DNA of 64,000 bases, from the NCBI RefSeq assembly GCF_009914755.1, contig NC_060925.1, one strand, 5' to 3'. The stretch is from the human T2T-CHM13v2.0 reference genome, Homo sapiens. The notes under the pieces are model-generated. The model saw nothing but the letters and a program-made list of their open reading frames with translations, ran no database searches and was not told the origin of the DNA. The position numbers and the translations under genes are program-made. Shown one piece after another: positions 41,435-56,062 of the stretch (position 1 is the first letter of the stretch; every line of letters begins with the position of its first letter).

Positions 41435-44220
41435 ATCTATGTAAATATGCCTGGGGGCCTGGGGGTTGGGTAAGGGTTTTGAGAAGTGTCTCTATAACAT
41501 TTGTTTGCTATAACATGCACATAATATCATAGATTGTATTTTCAGAAAATGGACCTTTCTGATGAGAAGCAGCCTGAGTCAGGCTGGTGTTTGAGCATTT
41601 TTATGCAGCAAAGCCTCAAGAATAGCAGCCACCTCAGTAGGCAGTAGCAGCTGCTGTTTTTCCATAGGGTGGCTGCTGCATGTGATGTAAAGGAAATGAA
41701 AGGAAATGACTGTTACTCATTAAAGCGATTTCATTCAGCTACGTGGGAAATCACAGGCAGAAAAGTCATCATAAAAAATGAAGCAGTGATTATACATAAT
41801 GGGGCATCTTCAGAGGTAGCTAGTTTGTCCCCTCCCTGCCCCCCAAATGACAAAGAAGCTGCCTTTGGGTTCTGTCGTCCAGGAAAAGGGGTGGTAGATT
41901 GGATTTAGTGTTTAGCATAACTAGTGGTCTAAACCTGAATACATTTTAGTAAGAAAGCATTCCTGTCACTAGTTTGAGGTCTAAAGAAGGCCTCACTTTG
42001 TGTAAATTAGTGCTCACAATGACTTTTCTGGCAATAAGGAAAATATATTCACCTTTCAAGGGTAGAAGTCTATTTCCATTTCCTTCTGGTGAATCGTCCT
42101 TTAGAATGTTCCTAAATTATCAATTCAGTGGGTTGCATTTTGAAAACCTCCTCACCTATTTGGGTTAAAAATAATATTTTTAAATTTTGGTGTTATCTGA
42201 AACTGCAGAGATTGTTCACAAACAACTTGGTGCAACCATTTATTTGCTTTTGGTATATTTTGCTGTTGCAGTTTTCTCTAAGGAAGTGTAGAAATTATTA
42301 ATATGAAGTAATGTTAGCTGCTGGGCAGTTCATGAGAGGAATAAGCTATTATGTAGTCTCCCTTCTCCCCCCAATAAAAAAGCCTTTCATCAAAAACTGA
42401 CATCCTAAATGAAGGAAATAATTGTACAGCTTATTTATTAGTGTGTCAAACTTAAAATGTAATGGTTTCATATTTCAGGATGAAAAGTGTGTTGTGATTC
42501 ATGGTTGCCAGTGACAAAATAGACAGCTCTTTTATATTACCACGTCGATTGCCTGCTGATATGCCACTGTACTTTTTGGTTCTCTTCTGTTCTCTTCCTA
42601 TGCAATAGCTCCCTCTACTTGAAAATACTGGTGTAATTATAGTTTAACACTACTTTATTAGTGAGTTCCCTGGGCTCTTTTTTACTTTTAATCCTCTTCA
42701 TAAATATGTGGTGTTATATTACATCAGAGCCTGTAAGAAAATTTTGAAGAGTCTCTTGACTCGGGGGTAGAAAGGCAGGGTTAGTTGCAAAAAGCAAGAT
42801 AAGTTACATTTGAAGGCATTCTTCAAGGAATTAGCTGTGTAGCCTTTGTTGATTTAAATATGGTATATTTGGTTAAAATTCCATGCAGTACTTTGAAAAT
42901 GAACCCTGATGTTTGAAACACAGAGGCATAGAAAACTGGATCAGAAAACTTCAAAAGAATCATCAGCCACTTCAAACAGACATAGCCGGGAACTTGGCAA
43001 GTTCTTACTTTGCTAATTCCAAAGTTTTGTAATTCCCACAGAAAACCTAGCAGTTTTTCTCTACTTTCTCTGGAAGGTTTTAAGAGAGGCTAGAGTAGTA
43101 GAATCTCAGGTTACAATATGTTGCCTTGTGGAACAGCATGTGCATAATGAAACAATGGGAGAAGCATAGAGAAACCAACGTGAATGCTGCTGTGATTGGG
43201 ATGTCATTTTTTCTCTCCCTTGCTAAGTTAGAAGTTCAGTAATAGTGCCATACACCTCCACCATTAAGACAAATTAAGAGACTCTGCTCAATCATAAGAT
43301 GGCCATATGAATATTTCTTTCTTCTCAATTTACAACTCTTTGTTTCCCGTTTCTTCTGACCATTAATGATGCAGAGCAAGCTGCAGAGTGAGGTGGTCAA
43401 GAGTAAGGACTTAAGAGCCAGGCTGCCTGGTTGGATTCTGGCTATGCCACATATACGCTGGGTGATATTGGCTAGTTTCCTTAACTTTCTGAGCCTCGGT
43501 TTCGTCATCTGTAAAACACAGACAATAAATTTGCCTACATCCTGGAGATGTAAGGATTAGATAAGTTAGTGATTGTCAAGCCCAACATATAGTAAGTGCT
43601 ATATATCAGTTGGTTAAATAAATTAAAAAACAGTAGTGGAGATATAAATTGGTTTTCATTAACCAGATGTATTGAATGTCAATGTTGTCCTCGGTGTTTA
43701 ATATCAAGAAATATGGGGCTCTCCCAACGGGTGAAAGATCTGTATGTTGCTTTTGTTCATAAATTCATATTTAAGTGTGTATTGGAATAGTTGTGACCTA
43801 AGGGTACTATATCATAATTTTAGGTCACATTATTTATAAATATACTTTTTAAAATACAGTGGAATCGTCCATGGTTTCCATGTCTTTTCTGGATTTGTGT
43901 GGTTTTATAGGAGGATTCTGTACTACTGGTGAAGGTATAAGAACGGAGTATCATTTCCCATTTTATATTTATGATTACGTTCATGCTTTTCTTGGAGCTT
44001 ACTTACGGCTCTAGAGGAGTAACAGACAGGCTTATCTTTGGTCCATCATATGACTGTGCTTGAGAATGTCAGAGAATCTTGCCCAGCTGTTCCCAGACCT
44101 CGTATGGTCCAGCCAAATATCAATCACCAAAAATTTTAACAGGAAATCTATATATTTTGGGCACTCAGACATGCCACTGAAATTGTTAAGATTATATTTT
44201 CACCTTGATACAACCTGATA

Positions 44221-44692
44221 TTTGCGTGATGTTTTATTTATTTATTTTTTGGGACAGGGTCTTGGTCTGTCACCACAGCTCTGCAGTGAGCTCTGAACCA
44301 CAGCTCACTGCAGCCTTGACTTCCTGGGCTGAAGCAATCCTTCCACCTCAGCACCCCCTGCTCCACCTCCCTGGTAGTTCGGACTACAAACACACACTAC
44401 CACACCTGGCTAATTTTTGTATATTTTGCGGAGATGGGATTTCGTCATGTTGTCCAGGCTGGTCTTGAATCCTGGGCTCAAGCAATCCTCCTGCCTTGGC
44501 CTCCCAAAGTGCTGGGATTACAGGCATGAGCCACTGCACCTGGCCTTTTAATTTTTTTAATTACAAAAACTTTTTCTAGCAAGGTCTTGCTATATTGCCT
44601 AGGCTAATCTCAAACTCTTGAGCTCAAGCAGTCCTCCCACCTCAGCCTCCCAAGAAGCTGGAATTATACAGAGGTGTACAACCATACTTGGC
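44221..44692 (-). mobile_element. AluJ plus FLAM
   Basis: Alu consensus. Confidence 0.85.
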
Positions 44693-44861
44693 TTAGAGTG
44701 AGATTTTAATTTATTTTTACCTGTTTAGAAGATTATCACCAGAGTGCCAGACACATGAAGTAAGTGGTCAAATAAGATTCATCAGTCAACTCAAGCTGTC
44801 CTAAGGCTGCATATTTATTTTCAGTGCATGGACTCATCCTTCTTCTTTGCTCGATTCACAG

Positions 44862-45071
44862 GACCCTTTAGATCCTACAAGATCAGTGATTGTGATCCGC
44901 TCCCTGGTAGCAGATGGTGTAGCAGAAAGAAGTGGGGGACTATTACCTGGAGACCGCCTGGTCTCAGTCAATGAATACTGTTTGGACAACACCTCACTTG
45001 CTGAAGCTGTGGAAATATTGAAAGCTGTGCCACCAGGCCTAGTACACCTTGGCATCTGTAAGCCTTTGGTG
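44862..45071 (+). CDS. PATJ: PATJ coding exon, body of the PDZ domain: [70 protein letters not shown]
   Basis: Acceptor cgattcacag|GAC and donor GTG|gtaagt; 210 nt, phase 0-0. Contains [11 protein letters not shown] and EAVEILK PDZ motifs. Confidence 0.97.
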
Positions 45072-45391
45072 GTAAGTGTTGTATTTTGTTAATATAGGAA
45101 GTGATAATAGTGCAACAGTTAAAAACATGGATTTTGGAGACACATATACCTGGCCAAGAATTTCTGTTCTACTGTTTACTATGTGTGTGACCTTGGGCAG
45201 GTTTCTTAATGTCCTTGACTTACAATATCAGAAAAAATAATGTCTACCTCATAGGGTTTTGGGATTTAAAGGTTATATTCATTAAGTGCATAGCATATTA
45301 TTACATAAATACTAGCTGCTAATGTTGCTAGTTCTACTACTACCACTCTTACTACTATTTTCATCTTTATGCTTTTAGCACAGACTTCTAA

Positions 45392-45723
<332 letters not shown>

Positions 45724-46455
45724 ATTCTTATATGTAAATTAAAATAAGTATCCATTTTAACTTTCATTTGGGAATGGTGTCAAGATGGTATGATAAGTTG
45801 AAATCCTTGCAGCTATAGCATTTTAACCATATAACACTGAGAGTTTAATATGCTTTTCTCTCCATCAAAGCACCTTGTAACTCCTAGCATCAAGAACCCC
45901 TATAATGTCAAACCATCTTGAAGTCATCTTGTTGCTTTATCTAATGGTCAGGTTACTGCTTATGACTGAAGGCTACATTACAGTTATGGTGCTCTGGAGG
46001 CCTCTAATGCAAAAAACAAACCACCACCACCACCAACAACAAAAACTTAATGATGATGATTTTCAGCCAGTTTTATTATTATTAAGTGCTTACTAAATGT
46101 CATTCTTTCAAGCCCTTTACACTTATTAACTATTAACTAACCTAATCCTTACAGCAACTTTAAGAATAGTCCTTTTGTTACCCTCATTACAGATGAATCA
46201 ATCGAGGCACAGAGAATTGAGTAACTTACCCAAGTTCTTATAACTAGTAAGGGGCAGAGTTGTAATGTGCACCCAGCAGGGCACCTTCAAACCCTGTGCT
46301 CTTAGCCACAGTGCTGTACATGCCTGTCTTACTATGTTGTCACTTGCCTAGTTTGTATGCAGCATGTCTGAAACAGATAGCTTGGTTGTAATAAATTGTT
46401 AGTCTGGATTTCTAGAAACCTGGGCTCTGCCCCCTGGCTTTGCTATGAGTTAGCC

Positions 46456-46646
46456 CAGTAGGTTTCAAACTTAAAGATATGTAATATATATAAGAATCAC
46501 CTGAGAGGTAGTTAAAATGCAGTTTCCCAGGTTCTACTCCCAGAGATTCTCATTTAGTAATTCTGATATGCTCTTCAGGAATCTACCTCTTCAATGGGTC
46601 ACCTATGTAATTCTGATGCAGAATTTTGTACTTTGAGAAACATCGT
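46456..46646. mobile_element. MER5A-like hAT fossil
   Basis: cagtaggtttcaaactt...agaatcacctgagag...ccagagattct...tgatgca...ctttgagaaaca. Confidence 0.65.
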
Positions 46647-46856
46647 ACTAGTAATTTGATCAATAGGTATACCACTTCTCTAAGCCTATTTTTTTCATCT
46701 TTGAAAAGACTGAATAAGACTAGAGAATTCCGAAGGTATTTTTTTAACTCCAATTCTTTAATGTATGAAACATTTTAACTTAACATACGAATAACATACT
46801 ATAAGTGCTCATATGTATAGATAGATGGATAGGTAAATATAGATAGATGTGTTCAT

Positions 46857-47579
46857 TGTATTAGGCTGTTCTTGCATTGCTGTGAAGAAATACCTGAGAC
46901 TGGACAATTTGTAAGAAAGAGGTTTAATTAGCTCACAGTTCTACAGCCTGTACAGGAAGCATGGTGGCATCTGCTTCTGGGGAGGCCTCTGGGAGCTTTT
47001 ACTCATGGCAGAAGACAAAGTGGGGGCAGGCACTCGTATGGCAAAAGCAGGAGTGAGAGAGAGTTGGAGTGGGGTGGGGGATGCCACAGAGCCATACTTT
47101 TTTTTCTTTTTGGAGACAGAGCCTCACTCCGTCATCCAAGCTGGACTGCAGTGGTGCAATCTCGGCTCACTGCAACCTCCATCTCCCAGGTTCAAGCAAT
47201 TCTTCTGCCTTGGCCTTCAAGTAGCTGGGACTTCAGGCGCTCACCACCACGCTCAGCTAATTTTTGTATTTTTAGTAGAGACAGGGTTTCACCATGTTGG
47301 CCAGGCTGGTCTTGAACTCCTGAGCTCAAACAATCCACCTGCCTTGGCCTCCCAAAGTGCTGAGATTACAGGCGTGAGCCACCACAGCTGGCCATGCCAC
47401 ACACTTTTAAACCACCAGGATCACATGAGTACTCATTCATTCACCATCGCGAAGACAGCACCAAGCCATGAGGGATCCACCCCTGTCACCCAAACATCTC
47501 CCACCAGGCCCCACCTCTAGCTTTGGGGATTAAAATTCAATATAAGATTTTGGCAGAGACAAATATACAAACTGTATCA
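46857..47579 (-). mobile_element. MST (MSTA/B-like) MaLR LTR with an internal Alu (about 47098-47394)
   Basis: tgtattaggctgttcttgcattgct...aaactgtatca; TSD ttcat/atcat. Confidence 0.85.
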
Positions 47580-48363
47580 ATCATATATAAATAGATTCAT
47601 GTACAGCATATGGTATTTTTGCATGGGAGACCAAAAGGTGGTCTTCATGTATTACTTTTTTATTCTGGCCTGTGTATTACATCTATCAGACACTTTAAAT
47701 ATTTCAAAGTGGAATATAGCACATAGCTAAGTAAGTTCTTGACCTTTTGTGTATTTGGTGTGGGTATTGCCGTGGTCAACAGATGATGCCATGAGGTGCT
47801 TGGTTTGTGTTTTGGATAAATTAAGGACAGGAAAACTATTAATGTTTTTATGGGACCTCATCTTCTTAATGTTTTGGGTTGTAGCAGGAACTTTGTCTAG
47901 ATTTTCCCTGATGGTTATTTGCCAGATTAGTGTGGCTGCATGGGGACATCCCAAACTATTTGTGTCCTAGAGCACTTCAACAGCAGAGCCTTTACCTTCA
48001 AGCAGTTTTAGGAAGTCTCGGGCCATTTAACAAAACAAAACAAAAACGAGTTGGTAGCAACTGGGTGTGGATCCTCATGCTATTTCTGGTGGAAGGACCT
48101 TGGAGCATTACTCTGAGAGTGTTTTGGAACATAATGATTGTGGGTGGAACTTCACCCAGGCCTCCCTCAGTGAGTCCAAGGCTGCCAAGAATACTTAGGA
48201 GTGGGAGGCCAATGAAGGGATTGAGAGAAAGGTCAATTTCAAGAATTTTTTTTCTTTTTAACTACTAAGTAAGCTTCCTTTAACATCTGGGGTCTTCTGG
48301 GAAAACTGCTCATGAGCTATAAATAGTGATTCAAGGAACCAGGCATGGATCTTCTCTGAGGTG

Positions 48364-48409
48364 TCTCTCTCTCTCTCTCTCCCTCTCTCTCTCCCCTTCT
48401 CTCTCTCTC
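48364..48409. repeat. (CT)n microsatellite
   Basis: Direct reading. Confidence 0.9.
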
Positions 48410-48446
48410 ATAGTAAAATTGACGGCCACTTATCTAATTAACTAAT

Positions 48447-48751
48447 TTTTTTTTGTTGTTGTTTTTTGAGATGGAGTTTCACTCTTGTTGCCCAGGCTGG
48501 AGTGCAAATGGCGTGATCTCAGCTCACCGCAACCTCCGCCTCCTGGGTTCAAGTGATTCTTCTGCCTCAGCCTCCCGAGTAGCTGAGATTACAGGCATGC
48601 GCCACCATGCCCAGCTAATTTTTGTATTTTTAGTAGAGACAGTGTTTCTCCAGGCTGGGCAGGTTGGTCTCAATCTCCTGACCTCAGGTGATCCACCCGC
48701 CTCGGCCTCCCAAAGTGCTGGGATTACAGGTGTGAGCCACTGCGCCTGGCC
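48447..48751 (-). mobile_element. AluS
   Basis: Alu consensus. Confidence 0.9.
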
Positions 48752-49373
48752 TAATTAAGTAATGTTTACTGAACATTTACTCAATCCACAGTGCAAGTGG
48801 GGACAGAGAATGTGAATAAGCAGATCCCAAGTCAGGGTAGAGCAGAAAGACTGTGAATATATAATGGTGATGAGAACAAATTATTTGTATTAAGTCTTGT
48901 ATTTATATAGCTATAGTATGTATATATCTATACACTTCATGTTATATATTTTCATCTTAGCTCTTTTCTAAAAAGAGGCTTAAAACCTAGGTGACAGGTT
49001 GATAAGTGCAGCCTCAAATATATCAGACCCCAAAAATGAATGAAATGACTTATTTTTATTATTTAACATAAAAATAGAGATGGGGTCTCTCCATGTTGCC
49101 CAGGCTGGTCTTGAACTCCTGGGCTGAAGTGATGCTTCTGCCTCAGCCTCCCAAAGTGCTGGAACTACAGATGTGAGGCACCACGCCCTGGCTGAAATGA
49201 CTTTAAAAACTGCATTATATCTTCAGAAGTGATGGAGCAGAACTGACAATAAAACTCTTGAGCCAGACAGCTATGGGTTTTTGCTTAGTTATGTGGTTTG
49301 CAAGGCTACGTGTCCTTGTGCCAGTTATTCAACCTCATCAGCTTCCACTTTGCTCATCTGTAAGATGAGGATT

Positions 49374-49681
<308 letters not shown>

Positions 49682-50110
49682 GATGAGGATTGCATGGCAT
49701 GATAATTGTGAACATAGGCTCTAGTACCAGACAGCCAGGGTCGAAATTTTGGGATATGTAGCGTTTGGCAAATTACTGTGTCCACTTTTGCTCACCAGTA
49801 AAATAGGGCTAATAAGAGGACCCACGTTTTAGAGTATATATTAATGTATTAATTAATATATTAAATATATTTACAGTACTTAATTTTGTGCCAGGTACAT
49901 AGTTATATATACAAGGTCTATTCCTGGGAAAGTGATTTTTCTTTAAGAAATACTTTAAAAAGTTTGGGAAGCTCTGACCTGAATATGGAGTTCTTTTTAG
50001 TTATTAAAGAAAGTTTGTTCTAATGAAACAATTTGAATAAATTTTGTGTTGTGTATTTGTCTTAATGGAAAGATGAGAATCTGAAGAGTTTGAAACCAGG
50101 ATATTTTCTT

Positions 50111-50341
50111 TCTTTCTTTTTTTTTTTTTTTTTTTTTTTACGTGAATGAATCTTTTCTTTTTTCTTTCTTTCTTTTACTTTAAGTTCTGGGATACATGTG
50201 CAGAATGTTCAGGTTTGTTAAATAGGTATATGTGTGCATTGGTGATTTACTGCACTTATCAACCCATCATCTAGGTTTTAAGCCCCGTGTGCATTAGGTA
50301 TTTGTCCTAATGCTCTCCCTCCCCTTGCTCCCCACCCCACA
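50111..50341 (-). mobile_element. Short L1PA7/8-like 3' end with a bipartite tail, just upstream of exon 50383
   Basis: ttttactttaagttctgggatacatgtgcag...ctaggttttaagcccc...ccccacccc; TSD atattttctt at 50101-50110 and 50342-50351. Confidence 0.88.
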
Positions 50342-50382
50342 ATATTTTCTTATTTATAAATAAAAGTGGTTTATATTTTCAG

Positions 50383-50499
50383 GAAGATAATGAAGAAGAA
50401 AGTTGTTATATTTTACATTCAAGCAGTAATGAAGACAAGACTGAATTTTCAGGAACAATTCATGATATAAATTCATCTTTAATACTCGAAGCACCCAAG
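50383..50499 (+). CDS. PATJ: PATJ coding exon, inter-PDZ linker: [39 protein letters not shown]
   Basis: Read manually. Acceptor tatattttcag|GAA and donor AAG|gtattt; 117 nt, phase 0-0, open frame. Confidence 0.93.
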
Positions 50500-50689
50500 G
50501 TATTTAATAAATTTATTTCCCATTTGAATGATTTGCTATGAGCTAAAATTTCTATGTAGAAAGAATAAAAAGAAAATAAGACAAAAGCTTGTCCTTATCC
50601 TTTGGCTAAGTAGAAATAAATAAAGACATAAAGAAGACAAAAGCTTGTCCCCATCCCTGGCTAAATAGATATAAATGAACTAATCCTCC

Positions 50690-52198
<1,509 letters not shown>

Positions 52199-53068
52199 TG
52201 ATGTTTAGCTGCAAGGAGAAGACAATAGAAAAGAATAGATTTATTCCAGGAATTTACTTCTTGGTAGTAAAGAATAAGACTTAAAATAGGAAAGATCTTT
52301 GATCTCTTAGAAAGAAGAGGACCTCATTATGCCCGGCACCCAGAGGTTCTCCAGAGATAGGTCATGGTCTGAGCAAATCTATATGCCAGGTTTTAGCCAG
52401 GAACCCACACAGTTTCTGCACATTTAGTTTCAGTGGTATGCACTAGCTGTTCTGATTAGTGAAATATAAATTAATTTTTAAAATACTGTATTCATTCCTT
52501 CATATTTATTTTCAACACAGATGAAAAATAAGATTTGTTATTTTTTATATTATAAAAGAGTCATACTCAAAGTAGAGACATACTCCCCATATCTTTAGTT
52601 TATAGAGAATGTTTTCTGAACATTCAGATAGTTATAATTTCTTTTGAGTTATTTAAGCTTGAAAATCCTGACCTTTTAAGTCTTTGCTTTCTTAAATAAT
52701 AGTTTGCAGTGTATGTATACTTATGTACTACTTTTTATGGGTTAAATATTTAGTGTAAGAGTTTAACAAAATTCCTATTTCTAGTGGAGAATTGTCAGGT
52801 GGTTAATGTATAATGAACGTTTTAGCAAAATCATTCACCTTGCCAAGGGCAGATTTCTGCCTCATAATTTACTATTTGTCCCTCTTCTGGGTTAAGGATT
52901 GTGTGGAGGTGAGCTTGTGTTTCTCCATGTTTGCTGTGGAGAGCTGTGCATGTTAGCTGTGCCTTGGCATATGCAGTCACGCCAGCATTTGAAAATTTTC
53001 CAGTTTATCTATATAGTGCAGCTTCAGGACAGGCGTAACTTCACATTTTTTGCATCTTTTATTTATAG

Positions 53069-53464
53069 GGATTTAGAGATGAACCATATTTTAAAGAAGA
53101 ACTTGTGGATGAACCATTTCTAGATCTGGGAAAGTCTTTCCATTCCCAACAAAAAGAGATAGAGCAAAGCAAGGAGGCCTGGGAGATGCATGAATTTCTG
53201 ACTCCTAGATTGCAGGAAATGGATGAAGAAAGAGAAATGCTTGTTGATGAAGAATATGAGTTATATCAAGATCCCTCACCATCCATGGAGTTGTATCCCT
53301 TGTCGCACATTCAAGAGGCCACTCCTGTGCCCTCTGTGAATGAACTTCACTTTGGTACACAGTGGTTGCATGATAATGAACCATCCGAGTCTCAAGAGGC
53401 AAGAACCGGGAGGACTGTCTATTCCCAGGAGGCACAGCCGTATGGCTATTGCCCTGAAAATGTG
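53069..53464 (+). CDS. PATJ: PATJ coding exon, long acidic linker: [21 protein letters not shown]...[11 protein letters not shown]
   Basis: Acceptor ttttatttatag|GGA and donor GTG|gtaaga; 396 nt, phase 0-0. Overlaps ORF 53105..53476. Confidence 0.95.
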
Positions 53465-54034
53465 GTAAGAGATTAGAATAGATATTCCACACCTCCCCTT
53501 CTGCTCTCCTCGCCTGTCCCTGTCTCTAACTCTTGTCACTTCAATGTTGTTTGTTTTTAAATGGGCCTTTCCGTAAGTCGTCACTGTTTACAAGATGTGT
53601 CATCCAGTGTCTAGCTGTAAGTATAAGCTCGTCTTTTCTGTATTTCACATCTTCTCATGGGGGTCAATAAACTGCAGTTGCCTTGCTGTTGTTTTAGGGC
53701 TTTTTGCTTTGCTTTTTTAGTGATGTTTTTCCAATTTCTCATTTCAGAGAAGAGTTCTTTTAACATTTGTGATTTAAAAAAAAAAATTCCCTGGGGAAAC
53801 ACAGCTGTATATTTTTCACATAGTTTATTTATCAGGCAAAATCAAGGCCAAGTTAGTACATACATATTCTTGTTTATATCTTGGTCACCCACATTTTTCT
53901 CTGTGTTATGTATGATGCTAAAAGCACTCAACTCTAGAAAATTATCTTTACACTTGAGATGCTATTTATTTACAACTTGGAGGGAAAGCATTGTGTGTGT
54001 GTATATATATACGTGTATATATATGTATATAAAA

Positions 54035-54372
54035 TTTTCTTTTCTCTTTTTTTTTTTTTTTTCTGAGACAGGGCCTCTCTCTGTCGCCCAGGCTGGAGTG
54101 CAGTGCAGTGGCATATTCATGGCTCACTGCAGCCTCGACCTCCCAGGCTCCATGGATCCTCTCACCTCGGCTTCCTGAGCTGCTGGGACCACAGGCATGT
54201 ACCACCATGCCTGGCTAGTTTTGTTTTTTTTTTAAATTTTTTTGTAGAGATGGAGTTTTGCCATGTTGCCCAGGCTGGTCTTGAACTCCTGGGGTCAAGC
54301 ATCTCCCATCTCCCATCTCCCATCTCGGCCTCCCGAAGTGCTGGGATTACAGGTAGGAGCCACTGTGCCCAG
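54035..54372 (-). mobile_element. AluJ with an internal (catctcc)n repeat
   Basis: Alu consensus. Confidence 0.87.
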
Positions 54373-55512
54373 CGAAGAGCATTATATTTTAATAGATTTG
54401 CCTTTACTATTATATCACCAATAAACTTTATTTTTCATAAAATTATAGTCAAGCAGTCACTAATTGGAATCCTTAATTAAGGACTTTAAAAAATATTTTT
54501 GTTTTTTTTATTTCCTGCCCCAAATTAACTTTTAGGCAAATGGAAACAGACTTACTGTATGGGGACATTTTTAAAAAGACAGCTTAGTAATATGTTCATA
54601 TGCAGCGTGTTGCTTCCCTCTCTGAGGTTGGCACCTTTCCTGTTGTGATGTGCAAAGTGTGGCTTCAGGTGTTCTCTCAGTGGGCAGATAGAGGGTGTTT
54701 CTGCCCTTGCCTCCCTTAGACATTTCCTCACTTTGTCCCTCATGCAAATGCTGGTGGCTTCCTCTGTTGGGCAAGGTGCTGTGCTGGTTTTATTTATGTG
54801 ACCCTGGAGGATTCACCATGATAGAGGGCCCTGGGCAGTGTACCAGAGAACAGATGTTTTTGGAATATGTGAATGATGCCTGGTTGCCTCTGGAAAGAGG
54901 TCACATGGAATCTGGTGTGCTCCGTTGACGTTGGTACTTTCTATATTTGCCAGTCCCTCTCATATCTGTCAGTGCTTAACGCCAAACAGCATACATATTC
55001 AGTTATATGAATCAAATTGGAAAGATTACTGAATATTCATAAAAATTCCCTTGTTCTGTTTTCTTCTATTAAAAGATAATTTTCTATGTACCCAAATAAA
55101 AGGCAACCTGAAATACCAGTTCATATATAAACTTTGAAGGCTATAGATGAAATGGTCAAATGTATACTTACGATATTTACTTTGTAAGTTTAGTTAAACA
55201 TTCAATTTGAAAACCTGTGAGATGTTAAATTTTTTTTGCCTATTCTCATATTTAATTATATAATTTTATTTGAATTCTTCAGTGCATATTTAATGTCAGT
55301 ATCTACATTATCACTAGAATCACTTTTTGATAGTTTAACACAGCTTTCCAAATATATCTTCATTTCTAACTAGGTTGTTTGAGATACAGCAATTTTTGAA
55401 TCTGTACTGTCACTCAAAATTTTATTCTTATCTCAAGTGTCATTTGTGTAACGTTAAGTTAAAAAAAAAAATCCCTCTTATAAGTTTGTATTGATGCTCT
55501 TCACAATATAAC

Positions 55513-56062
55513 TGTTACCGGAAAGAGGTCCTGATCCAGATGCCAAGAGAGGGTTCTTGGACCTCGCACAAGAAAAATTTGAGCGAATCCATAGAGTAAA
55601 ATGAAAGCAAGTTTATTAGGAAAGTAAAAGAATAAAAGAATGGCTACTCCATAGATAGAGCAGTCCTGAGGGCTACTGGTTGCCCATTTTTATAGTTATT
55701 TTTTGATTATATGCTAAATAAGGGGTGGATTATTCATGCCTCCCCTTTTTAGACCATATAGGGTAACTTCCTGATGTTACTGTGGCATTTGTAAACTGTC
55801 ATGGCGCTGGTGGGAGTGTAGCAGTGAGGACGACCAGAGGTCACTCTCGTTGCCATCTTGGTTTTGGTGGGTTTTGGCTGGCTTCTTTACTGCAACCATT
55901 TTATCAGCAAGGTCTTTATGACCTGTATCTTGTGCCAACATCGTGTCTCATCCTGTGACTTAGAATGCCTTAACCATCTGGAAATGCAGCCCAGTAGGTC
56001 TCAGCCTCATTTTACCCAGCGCTATTCAAGATGGAGTTGCTCTGGTTCCAGCACCTCTGACA
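55513..56062 (-). mobile_element. MER41A-like solo LTR (ERV1)
   Basis: tgttaccggaaagaggtcctgatccag...cacctctgaca, 550 bp, 4-bp TSD taac. Lacks the MER41B tandem GAS segment. Confidence 0.88.
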
